DNA of 64,000 bases from Amoebophrya sp. A120. Its lineage: Eukaryota > Protista > Dinoflagellata. The stretch spans positions 3,019,151 through 3,083,150 of the forward strand of contig CAJINV010000007.1 of assembly GCA_905178155.1 (NCBI GenBank), in the 5' to 3' direction. This document shows, one piece after another, positions 23,514 to 35,100 of this stretch. The notes under the pieces were generated by a model that worked only from the letters and a program-made list of their open reading frames with translations, made no database searches and was not told the origin of the DNA. The position numbers and the translations under genes were made by a program. Within the stretch, counting starts at the first letter, position 1, and each line of letters begins with the position of its first letter.

Positions 23514-26500
23514 TCATCGTCTTTGAGCAGGGTTTTGTAGCTGGTGACTCCTTGGCACGACCTCGTGGTCGGCGAGCTGTTTGATCCAGATTTCTTTGGG
23601 CCCGTCCACGGACTGCGTGGAAGAGACGCCCATCGCCAGATACTGCCCATTCGCGGAGAAACTCAACGCGGAAATCTCGTCGTCGAATTTCGACGTCTTC
23701 CATATTCGTTTTTTCGCCTGCCCGTCCCACATGCACAGCGTCCCGTCGCCGCCCACGGTCGCGAAGGTGTGCCACCTGGAGGGGATCGGTTGATAAAAAC
23801 TGGCGATTGTATGTTGCTTCGCGAAAAACGTACAAATGTCCGGTGTAAAAAATCCGTGGCGTGGAAAAAAAAAATGAAGCAAGACAGAGTCTTCATGCTA
23901 GATCACAGCAGTATCTATACTTCGGGTGAAAAGCTATGTCGTGGACGGGAAAAATGTGCTCCATCCCATTCTCTGTCTGCTCCCGGTGGCACTTGAACGC
24001 GAGCGGATCGAGTGAGAAAAATGAATGTATCTGCCTGGGGGGCGGGAGAAGTTAAGTCTTATTGTCCACGCAAGCCTTCTACGCGGTGTTTGTCATGATC
24101 AAAGCCTTCTTTGCACCACAGCGGTGTTTGCCATGCAAGCTTTCTAACATCTAACGTTAATGAGACGCGCCGGGCCGATCTGGGACTATTACAACCCTGT
24201 TCGATTTTTACCCCGCACAAAAAATGCTATCCGTGCACTTTTGTTTTTCCCGCCCCGGTGAAGCAAGTAGATACTTTTTGTGCAAGTGATAAAATTTCTT
24301 CTGTATCATGTCCGGTTCGAAGTAACTGTTAATGTTTGTTTGGTGATACTATGGGACCGAATTTCGTTTGGAATGCATCGCATCAGAGAACTGCAGTCGC
24401 TTGCGGTGCCTAGAAATAGCACCACATAGACTCTTCTTGTGGCTACGCGAGTGAGGACAACATCGATTTTTTTCCTTCAGATAAATCTCTTTTCGAAAAA
24501 CTTTAGCCGCCATTCCAACAACGATGTGCTGCCGGTACGGAAGCAAAAAAGTTATCATCCTGTCAAATAATTTGCTGCTCAACTACGAAACGCTAATGGT
24601 ACTTCTTAACTTACGGTGAGATCTCCAACTCTGTAGACCACCTGTGAGGTAGAATTCCCCTAGGTGCATCGCTAGAGCCTTTCATGAAAGAGCAAAATCA
24701 GTTAAATCTCTTTTCGACATTAAACTTTAGCCGCCACTCCAACGAACGTCGGTACGGAAGCGTAAATTTTTTCATCACGATGGCTTGCATTTCTGTCTTC
24801 GCGTGCCAAGCCGCGACTCAAGCGTCGATACACAGCGATCGTTCATCCGTTTACCAGTGCGCGTCAGGTAAATCTCTTTTCGAAAGTTGTTGCCTACCAC
24901 ATGCCCCGTGCATCACTACACAAGGGCGCGTCTAGCAAAGGAAGAACTGCTCATCACGAAATCGGCTTGCGCTTGGTAGAAACATTGATCCGGTTTCGGG
25001 AAACATAGACGCCGCTGACGAACGGGTCGCACGCAACAAGCTTCAGAAATATGAGACATTCTGCGCAATTAGTTGAAAAATAATTAGTAAATTTCATTTT
25101 TTGATCTCAAAGAGGCTGCATTTAGCAGCCTGTCAGCTCCGAGGTGAGCCCGAAACTGGAACCCGAAACCGCGACCGGAACTGGAGACCTTGGCACACCT
25201 GCTTCAATAGCATATGAAACTAGGCTCCAATCTGAACTAGCTACTTTAAGAAGCAGGAAGCCAGTCTGCGGGAGGAGCCCAGAAGGAAGCTGCGTATTAG
25301 GGTTGAACGGTGGGTAGAGCCGCCTCCTTCAGCAGCTGGTAGGCCGCCAACCGTCGCCGGGGCCCCGTCTGTGCCAAGGTCTCCAGTTCCGGTTGCGGTT
25401 TCGGGTTCCAATCGCGATGCTATGCTTTGTTTTCCACCGTACCGTCGGGGAACGCCGTTCACGACCCCCCCAGATAGGGGGTCCAGGAAGCCCCCTCCGC
25501 GAACCTCTACTCACGATGGGTATCTGCGTTCCGGGAGGGGTCATTCTGAGGCCCTTTTTTTGCCTCTCGAGTTGCGCCAACTAATTGCAACTTGCCGAAA
25601 ATCATTGCTTTTTCGCGTTCCAGTATAAGGAATTGCTGTCAAAACTGCTCAACTCATGCTGACGGGGCCCCGGCGAAGGTTGGCGGCCTACCAGCTGCTG
25701 AAAGGGCGTGACTCAAGTCGAGATAGACGGGGCCGCGACGCTGGCTCCCTGGCTTCTTTAGAATGGGGTGGCCACCACCTTAGCTAGCTAGTTCAGATCG
25801 GAGCCTGAGTAAGTACATGATCAGACCACTCCAAAACATACCTTACCAGAAACCGGATCCACTACAAGTACAGGTCAGGTACTGGAAAAGCAGCATTCCG
25901 CCGACGGTACGGCGCCTCTCCACAATCAAAAAATACATTTTACTAATTATTTTTCAACTAATTGTGCAGAATGTCTCATAAGAAAGTTAAGCTGACATAA
26001 AAAGCCTTCATCTTCTAGCTGCATAAAACGAAATTTATACTCCCAACTGGCCCTCCCCTCTACGCTTCCCTGCACGTAGCCCAAGCCGTCGGGCATGCAG
26101 GCTATGGCGCGTAGCTGGTACTTGAGCGCGCTGTCCTCCTCCTTTATCTTCGCGATCGACCCGCCGCGAAGCTCGAACACGTGGATTTTCTTGTCGTGCC
26201 CGCCGACTTATCCTGTGCAAAAGTATCGTACTCGCATACGTATTGCAATTTGTTAAGGTAAATCCGTATTACAAATTTTATTTCTCATGCTGAGAAAATT
26301 TGTAATGCATTTATACGAGTACGATACTTTTGCAGTTCATACGACTACCAGCTTTCGGCTGGACGAGGAGCTGGAACTCCCGTTGTACGCGGAGGGCGCG
26401 TATCGAGTGCAAATATGTCTGGGTAGTCTGAATGGATGCATACTTGTATTGCAGAATTTCCACGTCCTACGGTGTCCGTTATGGATGCCCTAGCATCACA

Positions 26501-27413
26501 GATTTTCTGAGGGCGCCTTGATGCCTATCCCGCATGACAAATGCCCTCTTTTCGCCGCAAAACCTGGACTCCTCTTGTTCCTGCTCATGCAATACAGAGA
26601 TTTTTTAGAATCCACAGGCAGCATCACAAGTTGCAACATCATTCCAGACCTCCCAGCCATATTTGCAATGCATAGCGCTGGCACTTCGGGCGTGATGTCC
26701 TGACAAAACACCTTCGCGCTGACCGGCGCCGTGGCGGTGTTTTTCATGGACCGGATGTCGAACTGCTTTACCTTCCGGTCCCACGACCCGGTTATGATCG
26801 TCCCGTGGTCCACTCTCGACACTATCAAATGTAAAAATGTCTGGGTCTGGAAGAATGCGCGATTTATCATGCAGCTTTTCCATGACCCACGAAGCCTGGA
26901 ATGCAGCAGGACCTAGCATGACAGATTCTTTGCGATCTCACTCATGCCTATCCTGCATGAGAAACTCCCTCCCGACTTGGTCAAAACTGGACGACTTTTG
27001 GTAATCATGCAACACAGATTTTTGCATGCTTCAGATTTAGCATGACGAGTTGCATTCTTCCAGACCCAGACATTTTTACATTTGATAGACACCGCCCGAA
27101 TCCCGTTGTCGTGCGCACGGTCCAACTGTGCCACAATCTGGCTGGTCCGCGCGTCCATGACCGTGATCCGCGCGTCCAAACTGGTAAACACCACTTTGGT
27201 ACTGTCCAGCCAGCAGCAGTCGGTCGTGGGAAAGGGACACGTAAACTTCGTTTGCATCGTGCCCTGGTCGGCCCGGTAGATGTACGCCTTGCTGTCCCAC
27301 GACGCGACGGCAAAAGCGCTGGAATTCTCATCCGGGGAAAACCGAATCGCCGATATGTTGTCAGCTGGCGGAATGGGGATGCGCGTCAGGTTCTGCGCCG
27401 AACTGGACGCCAT
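23514..27413 (-). CDS. BUB3: Mitotic checkpoint WD40 protein BUB3 (7 exons)
   Basis: Reconstructed PPADNISAIRFSP...VASWDS...ITGSWDRKVKQFDIR...LVVGGHDKKIHVFELR...SALKYQLRAIACMP...GSVEGRASWDYFEPDMIQKKFAFKCHR...IFPVHDIAFHPKWHTFATVGGDG. 4 introner introns plus GT-AG introns 23776-23920 and 24326-26040. RAE1 is the less likely paralog. Confidence 0.9.
24006..24291. mobile_element. Old introner (286 bp) with almost fully decayed TSD
   Basis: GATCGAGTGAGAAAAATG vs rc TATCACTTGCACAAAAAG; flanks GAGCG/AAATT. Removal plus 5 nt restores the BUB3 motif QKKFAFKCHR. Confidence 0.78.
25050..25980. mobile_element. 931-bp non-autonomous TIR element, TSD AGAAA, nested in a BUB3 intron
   Basis: ~56-bp TIRs TATGAGACATTCTGC(G/A)CAATTAGTTGAAAAATAATTAGTAAA; perfect AGAAA flanks at 25045-25049 and 25981-25985; several internal inverted repeats; no transposase-length ORF. 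Confidence 0.92.
26209..26341. mobile_element. Short introner family 3 (133 bp), TSD CGACT
   Basis: TATCCTGTGCAAAAGTATCGTACTCG...CGAGTACGATACTTTTGCAGTTCATA; perfect TSD; restores KLVVGGHDKK. Confidence 0.93.
26401..26674. mobile_element. Introner family 1, diverged (274 bp), TSD GCGCG/GCGCT
   Basis: Family-1 core (CCTAGCATCACAG...CGCATGACAAATGCCC); restores EVPAPSAYNG. Confidence 0.9.
26823..27087. mobile_element. Introner family 1 (265 bp), TSD GACAC
   Basis: Long perfect TIR TATCAAATGTAAAAATGTCTGGGTCTGGAAGAATGC and a perfect TSD; restores GIRAVSRVDHG. Confidence 0.96.
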
Positions 27414-28092
27414 TTTGCTCGAATATAAATGCTATATCTATTGTAGTACTCGTCTTACTTGCGTGAGTTATCTTAGCGAATGAATACTGACAGGCTTTTT
27501 AATAAAGAAAATCACTTTGATGTCTACATGCGGAATAGGAACTCTTGAACTTCATCGCTGCTACAAAATAAGAAAGTCCAGTCGTCAAGAAGTAGATGGT
27601 GACAGTCATAAAAAAGGTCTTGTCCACAAGATCACTGGCTCTAATCGCGGTCGTGGTGCTTCACGTTTTTACCAAGATCGACAAAATTACTGCAGAGGAT
27701 CGGCACGTACGGAGGGACGGCGCGGCACAGATTACAGACTGTTTGTCCATCACACTTTTCATCTCCCTAGAGCGACCACGGCGCGGCAAAATTTGCAAAT
27801 TTCAAGTAAGTATTGCCACCATGTCGAGCAGGCCAGCACTGCACTCAAACAAATACGATGCCAGTGAAGCAGTGGTCACCAAGAGACCCAACTCGGTGGG
27901 GCCATTAAATCTTCGCGAAAGCATGAGTACAACTTCTACTCCGACGTACAAGTACTAGAAATTCAATTGTGGCTCGGAGGTGGTAACAAGAAACTAGACG
28001 TCGGGCCCACTCATTCTTCGAAGTGATGCCCGATCTATGAGCATGGACTGTGTGCGCCGGTCGCTGAAATTTCCTGTCCCCAAGAGAACTGA

Positions 28093-30576
28093 CTACATCA
28101 GCGGCGACGACAACGGAAAAAATGGTTCTGCACTTGTGTCTATTTCGACGAGATCATTTGCTCGAACAGGACCTCCCCTTTCCTGCCGGAAAAACGGTTT
28201 TTCCAGGAGCCATTTGTTGAAAAATCCGTTCAACTGCGATTGCTGCGTCTTCTCCAGCACGATCTCTTCCCTCGTCGCGTACACCGCAGCCAGCTCGTCC
28301 ACCAGCGCCCGCAAGCGGTGAAACAGCAACGCCTGGATTTTTCCGTCGGTTTTGTCCCTGTAGCTGTACTGGTGGAGATCGCATAATTCACGACTCCCTT
28401 CTTGTGCGACAAGTTGATGATCCGCATCGAGTTGAGGCAGGTTATTTCTAGGTTCATCTCCTGCCAAAGAAAGAACTACGGGCGATGAGCAGGACCATGA
28501 TGCGGCAGCAGTATCAACATCTACTGCGGTGGTGTTTAACATTTTCAACCCCCCTAGATGAAGTCCTCCTTGTCTTTTTTCGCTTTCGAAGAACGCGGCA
28601 ATCTCCTCCAGAATCCGGTCTGCCGCTTCGCAAAACAAGATTAGTTCCCCGACCCGTAACTTCAGAGCCTTTTTCCGCACACACTCTTCCACTAGCCACA
28701 GCCGCTTCGGCAGATCCAAATCTGCGTGGCGGAGACAGAGCAACGCGAGCTTCGGCGTTTGTGCCAACCTTTTCACGGACTCCCCTGCGAGCTCGCGGAA
28801 GCAGAGGAAGGTGGCCGGCGCTCCTGCTGTAGAAGTTGTTGCGCTGTGGCTGTCAACATAATTTTCAGCTTCTTCACGAGGCCTCTGGGGAACATGTGGC
28901 TGCGGCTGGAATGACGTCGTCGAAACTGGTGTGCAACTTTTCAAAGAGGTTCGCGTTGCCAATTTCACCATCAGAACCAGCAGTCTGGTCCATTTCTTGA
29001 AAAACTGGCTTTCCAAAAGCATAGCTTCCCTCCCCGTGTCCAAAATCTGCTGTTGTAATAGGGCAAGACTAGTCAAAAAATCCGGACCCGGGACTTTCTC
29101 TTCGTATCGAGCGAGCCATTTTCTCTGCTTCGCCAACTCATGCCGAAACTCCCGCTGGGACTTGTTATTCGGAGGCGTAAGTAGGGTCTCCGACGCGGAA
29201 ATAGCGGGGGCAGGACGTGATAGCAGGCTCGACGGAAGAAAAGCACTCCCGGAGGATTCGCAGGGAAATTTTCGACGAAACGCGAGCTTCTGTTGTGCGT
29301 CGTACGCGTTTTTCAATAGCAACTCCGCCTCCAGCACATACACCCACGCGGTGAATGGAAGTGGCTTGAGTCTATCTATATGTTGTGCCGTCGATATAAT
29401 TCCAGAAGCGTTGTCCTGAAATTCACTTCTTGTTCTTCCAAGTGAGCCTCCGCTTTTTGTAGCCGCACTATTCTGCGCAGGAGGTACCACGTGCAACACT
29501 TCCTGTAAGATTTCCATTGCTCCCCGCACGTACCCGAGAAACGCGAAACTCCGCACGATTGAAGCGAAGTGTGTTTCTTGTACAGAAGAAGCCGCCACTG
29601 TCCTGCCAGGTGCCGCACAACTACTCGCAGCCTTGGCGATTTGCAGAACCCGCACGCACATCTGTCGCAAATGAAGGAGGTCCGCCCCCGGCGAGTCATC
29701 CTTTATTTCACTGTTGCAAGCACTTCCGCCAGTCGCTAGATATGACGCGAAAGCGAAGGAGTTCTTGGCGCCGTCCGCCAGGAGGTCCTTTTGACGCTGC
29801 CCTGGTCTACCAGTCCGAAGGTTCGGGACCCAAAAATACAGCTCCAAAACCCGTCGGAACTGTGGTAGCGAAAACGAAGTAGCGTGCGTGGCCACATATC
29901 TTGGGATGGCTTCTGTCAGAAAAGGCGATAGAAGATCCACTCCTTCATCCAGACCAACTTTTTGATTTTGTTCGGAAAAAATCTTCGAGGTTCCCACCAT
30001 CCCACTTCGCGCCAACGCGGTGAGTGCCGTGCACAGATCGGCGAGTTGCTGCGGGGAGGCGAATGAATTTGAGATCGGCAGAGCGTTGCTGTGCAGCGCT
30101 AGATGTTGGTCGCAATAAGCACCTCCTTGGGCGGCTTCGATCGCTGCTCTCCCGGATGCCAGTGCCGTCTCGAGCAACGGACGCAAGTCGAGAAGATGCC
30201 GGAGCTCCGTCAGTTTTGGACTAAAGCGTCGGTTGTGATGGAGGGGTGCCATTTCTATTTCATCTGGTTCTCCCTGATTTGACATTTCTCGCCGCCATGC
30301 AGCTTCCTCGCAGGAGCTCTGCGGAAACTCCAACGCCTCCTCGTCCCGCGACACCACGCCGGAGTCCACGCTGTGGGCGAGCGCTTCCACAATTTTCTGC
30401 GCTTCCTCCGTCGATATGACGCCACATACCGCCCTGGAATTCAAGTGCGGCGCGATCCTGCTCCACGTGAAGGTGCTGTTGATAGGCGGGCCTTTCTTGC
30501 CCGCGAACAGCTTCAGCAACGCTTCCGCACGGAGCGTGACCGCGTTCGCCGCGAGCTGTCGTTTACTTTGGGACAT
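28093..30576 (-). CDS. Hypothetical alpha-helical protein (827 aa), weak HPR/OPR-like repeats
   Basis: Long uninterrupted ORF; motifs PQQLADLCTALTALA and ETHFASIVRSFAFLG resemble degenerate helical repeats. Confidence 0.7.
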   Translation of the reverse strand: MSQSKRQLAANAVTLRAEALLKLFAGKKGPPINSTFTWSRIAPHLNSRAVCGVISTEEAQKIVEALAHSVDSGVVSRDEEALEFPQSSCEEAAWRREMSNQGEPDEIEMAPLHHNRRFSPKLTELRHLLDLRPLLETALASGRAAIEAAQGGAYCDQHLALHSNALPISNSFASPQQLADLCTALTALARSGMVGTSKIFSEQNQKVGLDEGVDLLSPFLTEAIPRYVATHATSFSLPQFRRVLELYFWVPNLRTGRPGQRQKDLLADGAKNSFAFASYLATGGSACNSEIKDDSPGADLLHLRQMCVRVLQIAKAASSCAAPGRTVAASSVQETHFASIVRSFAFLGYVRGAMEILQEVLHVVPPAQNSAATKSGGSLGRTRSEFQDNASGIISTAQHIDRLKPLPFTAWVYVLEAELLLKNAYDAQQKLAFRRKFPCESSGSAFLPSSLLSRPAPAISASETLLTPPNNKSQREFRHELAKQRKWLARYEEKVPGPDFLTSLALLQQQILDTGREAMLLESQFFKKWTRLLVLMVKLATRTSLKSCTPVSTTSFQPQPHVPQRPREEAENYVDSHSATTSTAGAPATFLCFRELAGESVKRLAQTPKLALLCLRHADLDLPKRLWLVEECVRKKALKLRVGELILFCEAADRILEEIAAFFESEKRQGGLHLGGLKMLNTTAVDVDTAAASWSCSSPVVLSLAGDEPRNNLPQLDADHQLVAQEGSRELCDLHQYSYRDKTDGKIQALLFHRLRALVDELAAVYATREEIVLEKTQQSQLNGFFNKWLLEKPFFRQERGGPVRANDLVEIDTSAEPFFPLSSPLM

Positions 30577-30961
30577 TGTTTTTCTGTTACATGGTTAATG
30601 CAAATGACTCCGGGAGGGCTGAGGGGTTTTTACTGCCAGATCATCGGATGAAGATCTCGCAGTTTCTGTCTGCCTTTACCGAATCGGATCTTGTGTGCTA
30701 GCGGAGGCACAAGAACTCGCCTGAAGATCGATGATGCTCATGCTCCTTCATCCAAGAGACCGAATCGCACGCTTTTCTGACCTGCCTGATGATCTTGGAA
30801 GCTGATCTTTTTTTCCAGTTCCTGCAAAATTGAACACGACCGATGTCGGCGTATGCAACTTAACCCAAAAATGTTGCAGCACGTAAGCCGTCGCTGAAAA
30901 AAATCAATCTCATCCTGACGATTTCGCTATTAGGAAGTTCTCCATCACATTTTGGTTTTCA

Positions 30962-31570
30962 TCATATCAGCACTTGTTCTCTCTCCCTCCACACCCCAGT
31001 ATGACCAGGCTGCGGTGTTTCTTCCTTCCGCCAAAGCAGCTCTCGGTGTTCTCTCGTCGTTCGGGACTTTCGCCGCCAGTCTCCAATTCCTGAGCAGCCG
31101 GCAAGCGCCGTTTGATGTTGAGAACTGTGATCATCACGATCAACGTCTGACTCAAAATAATTCTGGTGTTCCTCTATTCGATCCTCGTCTTCCTGCCCCT
31201 CCGTTCCATCGCCTCTGTCCACGATACCAAGCGGAAACCGAACACAACTGCAGCTCGACGGCGCCAACACCGCGGCTCCGAGGAATACTGCCGTTTTTGT
31301 GGCTGAGGAAGCGTGCTGCAAATCCAGACCCTCAATGCTGACCCGTATCGTGTCCGTCTGGTAGGGGTCCCCGCCGGTGGTCGGCTCCGCCCCGGGCATA
31401 AACACGCTCGGGCCGTTCCAGATATCGGGGACAATCCCCGGATTCTGGACGGGCGTGTCGAATTTTCGCAGGTAGCTGTTCTGGCTCGAGGGGTGCGCCA
31501 CGGAAACGCTCTCCCACGCCGGGGGTTCCGGGTGCAGAAGCCCAAGGGTATTCAGTGCGGCGCGGAGCAT
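30962..31570 (-). CDS. Small hypothetical protein, possibly mitochondrial; exon structure uncertain
   Basis: GC-rich coding-like 5' part MLRAALNTLGLLHPEPPAW...; the 3' half may be intronic. Confidence 0.4.
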   Translation of the reverse strand: MLRAALNTLGLLHPEPPAWESVSVAHPSSQNSYLRKFDTPVQNPGIVPDIWNGPSVFMPGAEPTTGGDPYQTDTIRVSIEGLDLQHASSATKTAVFLGAAVLAPSSCSCVRFPLGIVDRGDGTEGQEDEDRIEEHQNYFESDVDRDDHSSQHQTALAGCSGIGDWRRKSRTTREHRELLWRKEETPQPGHTGVWREREQVLI

Positions 31571-32109
31571 GATCTAATAAGTACTTTTGTGCTGGCCTTA
31601 GGGTGCACTGGTCTTATTCGTTAGCCATGGCTTTGCGGAAGGAATTAAGTGTGAAGATTCATCCGGTTCTGCTGTTTTGGAATTTAAACACTGATCCAAG
31701 GAGGCACAAGAGAACGGATAGATATCCATCGATCACGATCACGTCAATCATCTATGGGAAAATGACTGTCGGAAAAATTTCTTTGTCTGACGTGTACTTC
31801 TGCAGTGTTCCGCAGCCTGCGATCTCGCTCGTCGTCTCCGTTAGAAGTGAACCTCACTCACACACAGAGACTCAGTTTCGGTCACGATCCTCAGAACTGC
31901 TTTTTACTTGGTCTGGCACGGTCGAACATCCACTCAAACGAGGTAATATTAAACGAGAAGAAACATGGGAACACGCTGTGCCTCGCGACTGTTGTCTACA
32001 GCAAAACCGATAGCAGCACGCACTGCGTTGTAAGTAGTTATATCACAATGTCGTGGGGTGCCAATTTTATAATGCGAAGCACTGCGAATTCTTGGTTGTG
32101 CGGGTCTCA

Positions 32110-35100
32110 TCAGCCACTGTCTCCCTTTTTTTTCTTCTTCTTTTTTTCTTTTCTTACCTTTTTTCCTTTATCCACTTTGTCAAACTTACCCCGGAGCCGG
32201 ACACAGTCGCCCGAAAGAATCGCCACCGAATTGCTGTGCTTCCAGAGCACGCGGACGCGCTCTTCTCCATTTTTCTCTATCACCTTCCCAAGGTGGTCGC
32301 ACTTCTTCCAGTTTTCTTCTTGCTGACAGTACCCCCAGAGCCTTGTTTTTGACGCGGAACCACCCGAGGGCGCCACAAGTTCGGCTGAAGGAATTGCATT
32401 TTTGCTCTCCTCAGAACTGCCCGTGGACGAAGTCCTCGTGGCTTCAACGTTGACGGTCGCGGTTTTAGTAGAAGCTGCGCCACCTGCAGACGGCGTTACT
32501 TCAGCTGGGTCTTCGAGGACCTTGCGTCGCTTCCGGGCGGGCTGGTTGGTGACATCCTTGCCGACACTTTCACCGCGCGAAGCTTCCTTTTGCTGTTTCC
32601 CCGCCACAGTCGCGGTTTTCGTCTTTGCGGATGCTCCCCGCTTGAGGTCTTTCTTCTTCTTTTCCGGAACAGCGGATGTTGATGATGTTGCGCCTCCCCG
32701 GCGGCGGTCTTCGTCTATTGTGTCCAACAAAATCTGGTCCAGGTTCTTCTCGGTTCCTTCGCAGGAATGGGCGCCGATTTTCTTCTTCCGCAGCGCGCGA
32801 ATCGCCTGCTGCATGTCGATCCCGGTCTTGTTTTGCCGCTGCACCTTCCGACCCACCTGCAACGCCAGCGGGCTGTGGAGCGCCTTTGCCTTTTCGCGGG
32901 ATAACTCCACGATTCGGCCGGACCGATTCAGCATCTTCCGCTCGAACACCAGCAGCGCCTTGAGCAGCCCGGCCGTGATCTGGCTTGCAGGTGAAGAAGT
33001 ACTAACATCATGACCACCATCTTTGCCCGGCGCTGTTGTACACAAACTAGTCGCCCCCGCCCCAGCTAGTACACTGGGACTACTACTTCTACTTTCGCGC
33101 AGGATGCTCTCCGCGAGAGTCTCCGCCAGCAGTGCGGCGTCGGACAGCGCTTGGTTGGCGCCCTGGGCGCGAAACGGCGTCATCGGGTGCGCCGCGTCGC
33201 CCATCAGCGTGACCGGAGATAGCGACTCGCTCCCCTTCTTCGGGTCGACGGTACTAGTTGCCGCGGCCCGCAACACCTCCGGCTGCAGCTGGTCTCGGTC
33301 GTACACCGGGTAGCCGGCCATATTTTCCAGTTCCGTCTGCGCGAGCAACTGCGGGACCGGTTGGTGCCAGTGTAGACAGCGACGGAGGATTTCCTTCTTC
33401 AGCAACGCCGGGTCTTTGCTCCATTTTTTCGCGTCCTCTTCGCTGGAGGGGAACGACAGCTGCCACATCGTACTGCTGGTTGTGAAAGGCATGGCGTAGA
33501 TCCGCGTGGTTCCGTCCATGGTTTCGAAAATTCGCCGCTCCGCGAGCTTGCACGGTTTGTGGACGATGCCGAGCACCACTACTAACCCGCAGTAGTTCAG
33601 CCGGTCGTTTCGCAGCTTCATTTGCTTGCGCACGGTGGAAAAAATCCCGTCCGCGCCGACGAGTAGATCCGCGGTTAGGACCGTTTGGTCGGTCAGCGTC
33701 ACCGAGACAGTGCCGGGGGCGGGTCGGTTGCTGGCGAGAGGAGAGTTGCTGCTTTTTTTCGACGTCCTTTCAGAAGTAGAAGATGCAGAACCAGAACCAT
33801 CATGAAGATTCTCCCCAGCAGCTACTACCTCGAAGCTCTGCAACTTACTGCCCCACCGAATCACCCCCGGCTGCACCTGCTCCAGGATGCGCTGGCGCAG
33901 CTGCTGCCGCGGAATGTGGACGAACCGCTTCCCGTCCGAACAACCGTTACCACCTTGTTGTTCCTGGGACAAGAACTGCTGCTGCTGCTGCTGCGCACTA
34001 CCCGAAAAGGCCTCCCCGTAGAAGCCCAGAATGTTGCCCGCGCTGTCGAAGGAGTAGTGGCTGGTGCTGGGGGCGTCATCCTTTTGCAAATTGATGTTCA
34101 TCACCTGCAGCATGTCCTGCCGTTGGATGGTCAGCCCGTAGCCCTGTTTCCGGCTGGAAAAGCTCTTATCCGTCTCTAGCACCGTAACGTTTCCCAGCCC
34201 GTAGGTCTGCAACGCCACCGCCAGCGCGGCGCCGCCAATCCCGCCGCCCGCGACGAGGATGTGCGGCCCCTTGTTAGACTTGTATTTTTCCCTGGCCGCC
34301 GGGGTGTTGAATAATTCTTGGAGTCGGGCAGAGATCTCCGAAGGCGAGAGTTGTGCAGCTGCTGCTGATTTTGTACACGACTTTTTACCAAGGATATCAT
34401 GATCATCTTCCGCAGTGGCACCAGAGCCCACACGAGAACCACCTCCGTCCGCGTCGTCCTGACCACCGGCCAGACCACTTTTGCCCGCCTTTTTCCGGAA
34501 CAGCGCTACTACGTCCGCACACTTGCGGCTGTTCGCGATTTGCGCGAAGGCCCACTCCACATTCTTCAAATCATCTTCGCCAAACTCGGTCGCATACTTG
34601 GCAACGGGCTTCGCGAGGGTTTCGAACAGATTCTTGTCTAGATAGTTCGAGTTCGCGAACTGCCACGCGAGGTTGGCCAACTCGGACGGCGTGCAATTTT
34701 CGACTTTCTGCATCGTCGCGTCCGCGAGAGCGGAAAAGACTTGCTTGTAAAGTTTTAGTTTGATAGATTCCGTGCTCTTTATTTTGCTACAGCTAGAAGT
34801 GGCAGAAGTTTGCTTCTCCTGCTTCCGCACCTCGCAGAAAGCCCAGGTGAGGTTGGAGATCTGGGGGGGCGTCAGTGATGAAACGAGAGAAGCTGTTGTA
34901 GGGGGAATAAGAGTACTGGCGGTAGTAGAGACCGCGCTCTTTTCGGGTTTCTTTCTGGTGATCTGGTCCGCAACAGTTTCGAAAAATTCCGGATGCGGGT
35001 GGCCCACTTTGGCCAAGGCCCAAGCCGTGTTGGTCAAGTCCTGCGCGTTGAATTCGTGGATCCGAAGCACGGCGTGGCGCGCAATCAGTTCCCACAATTC

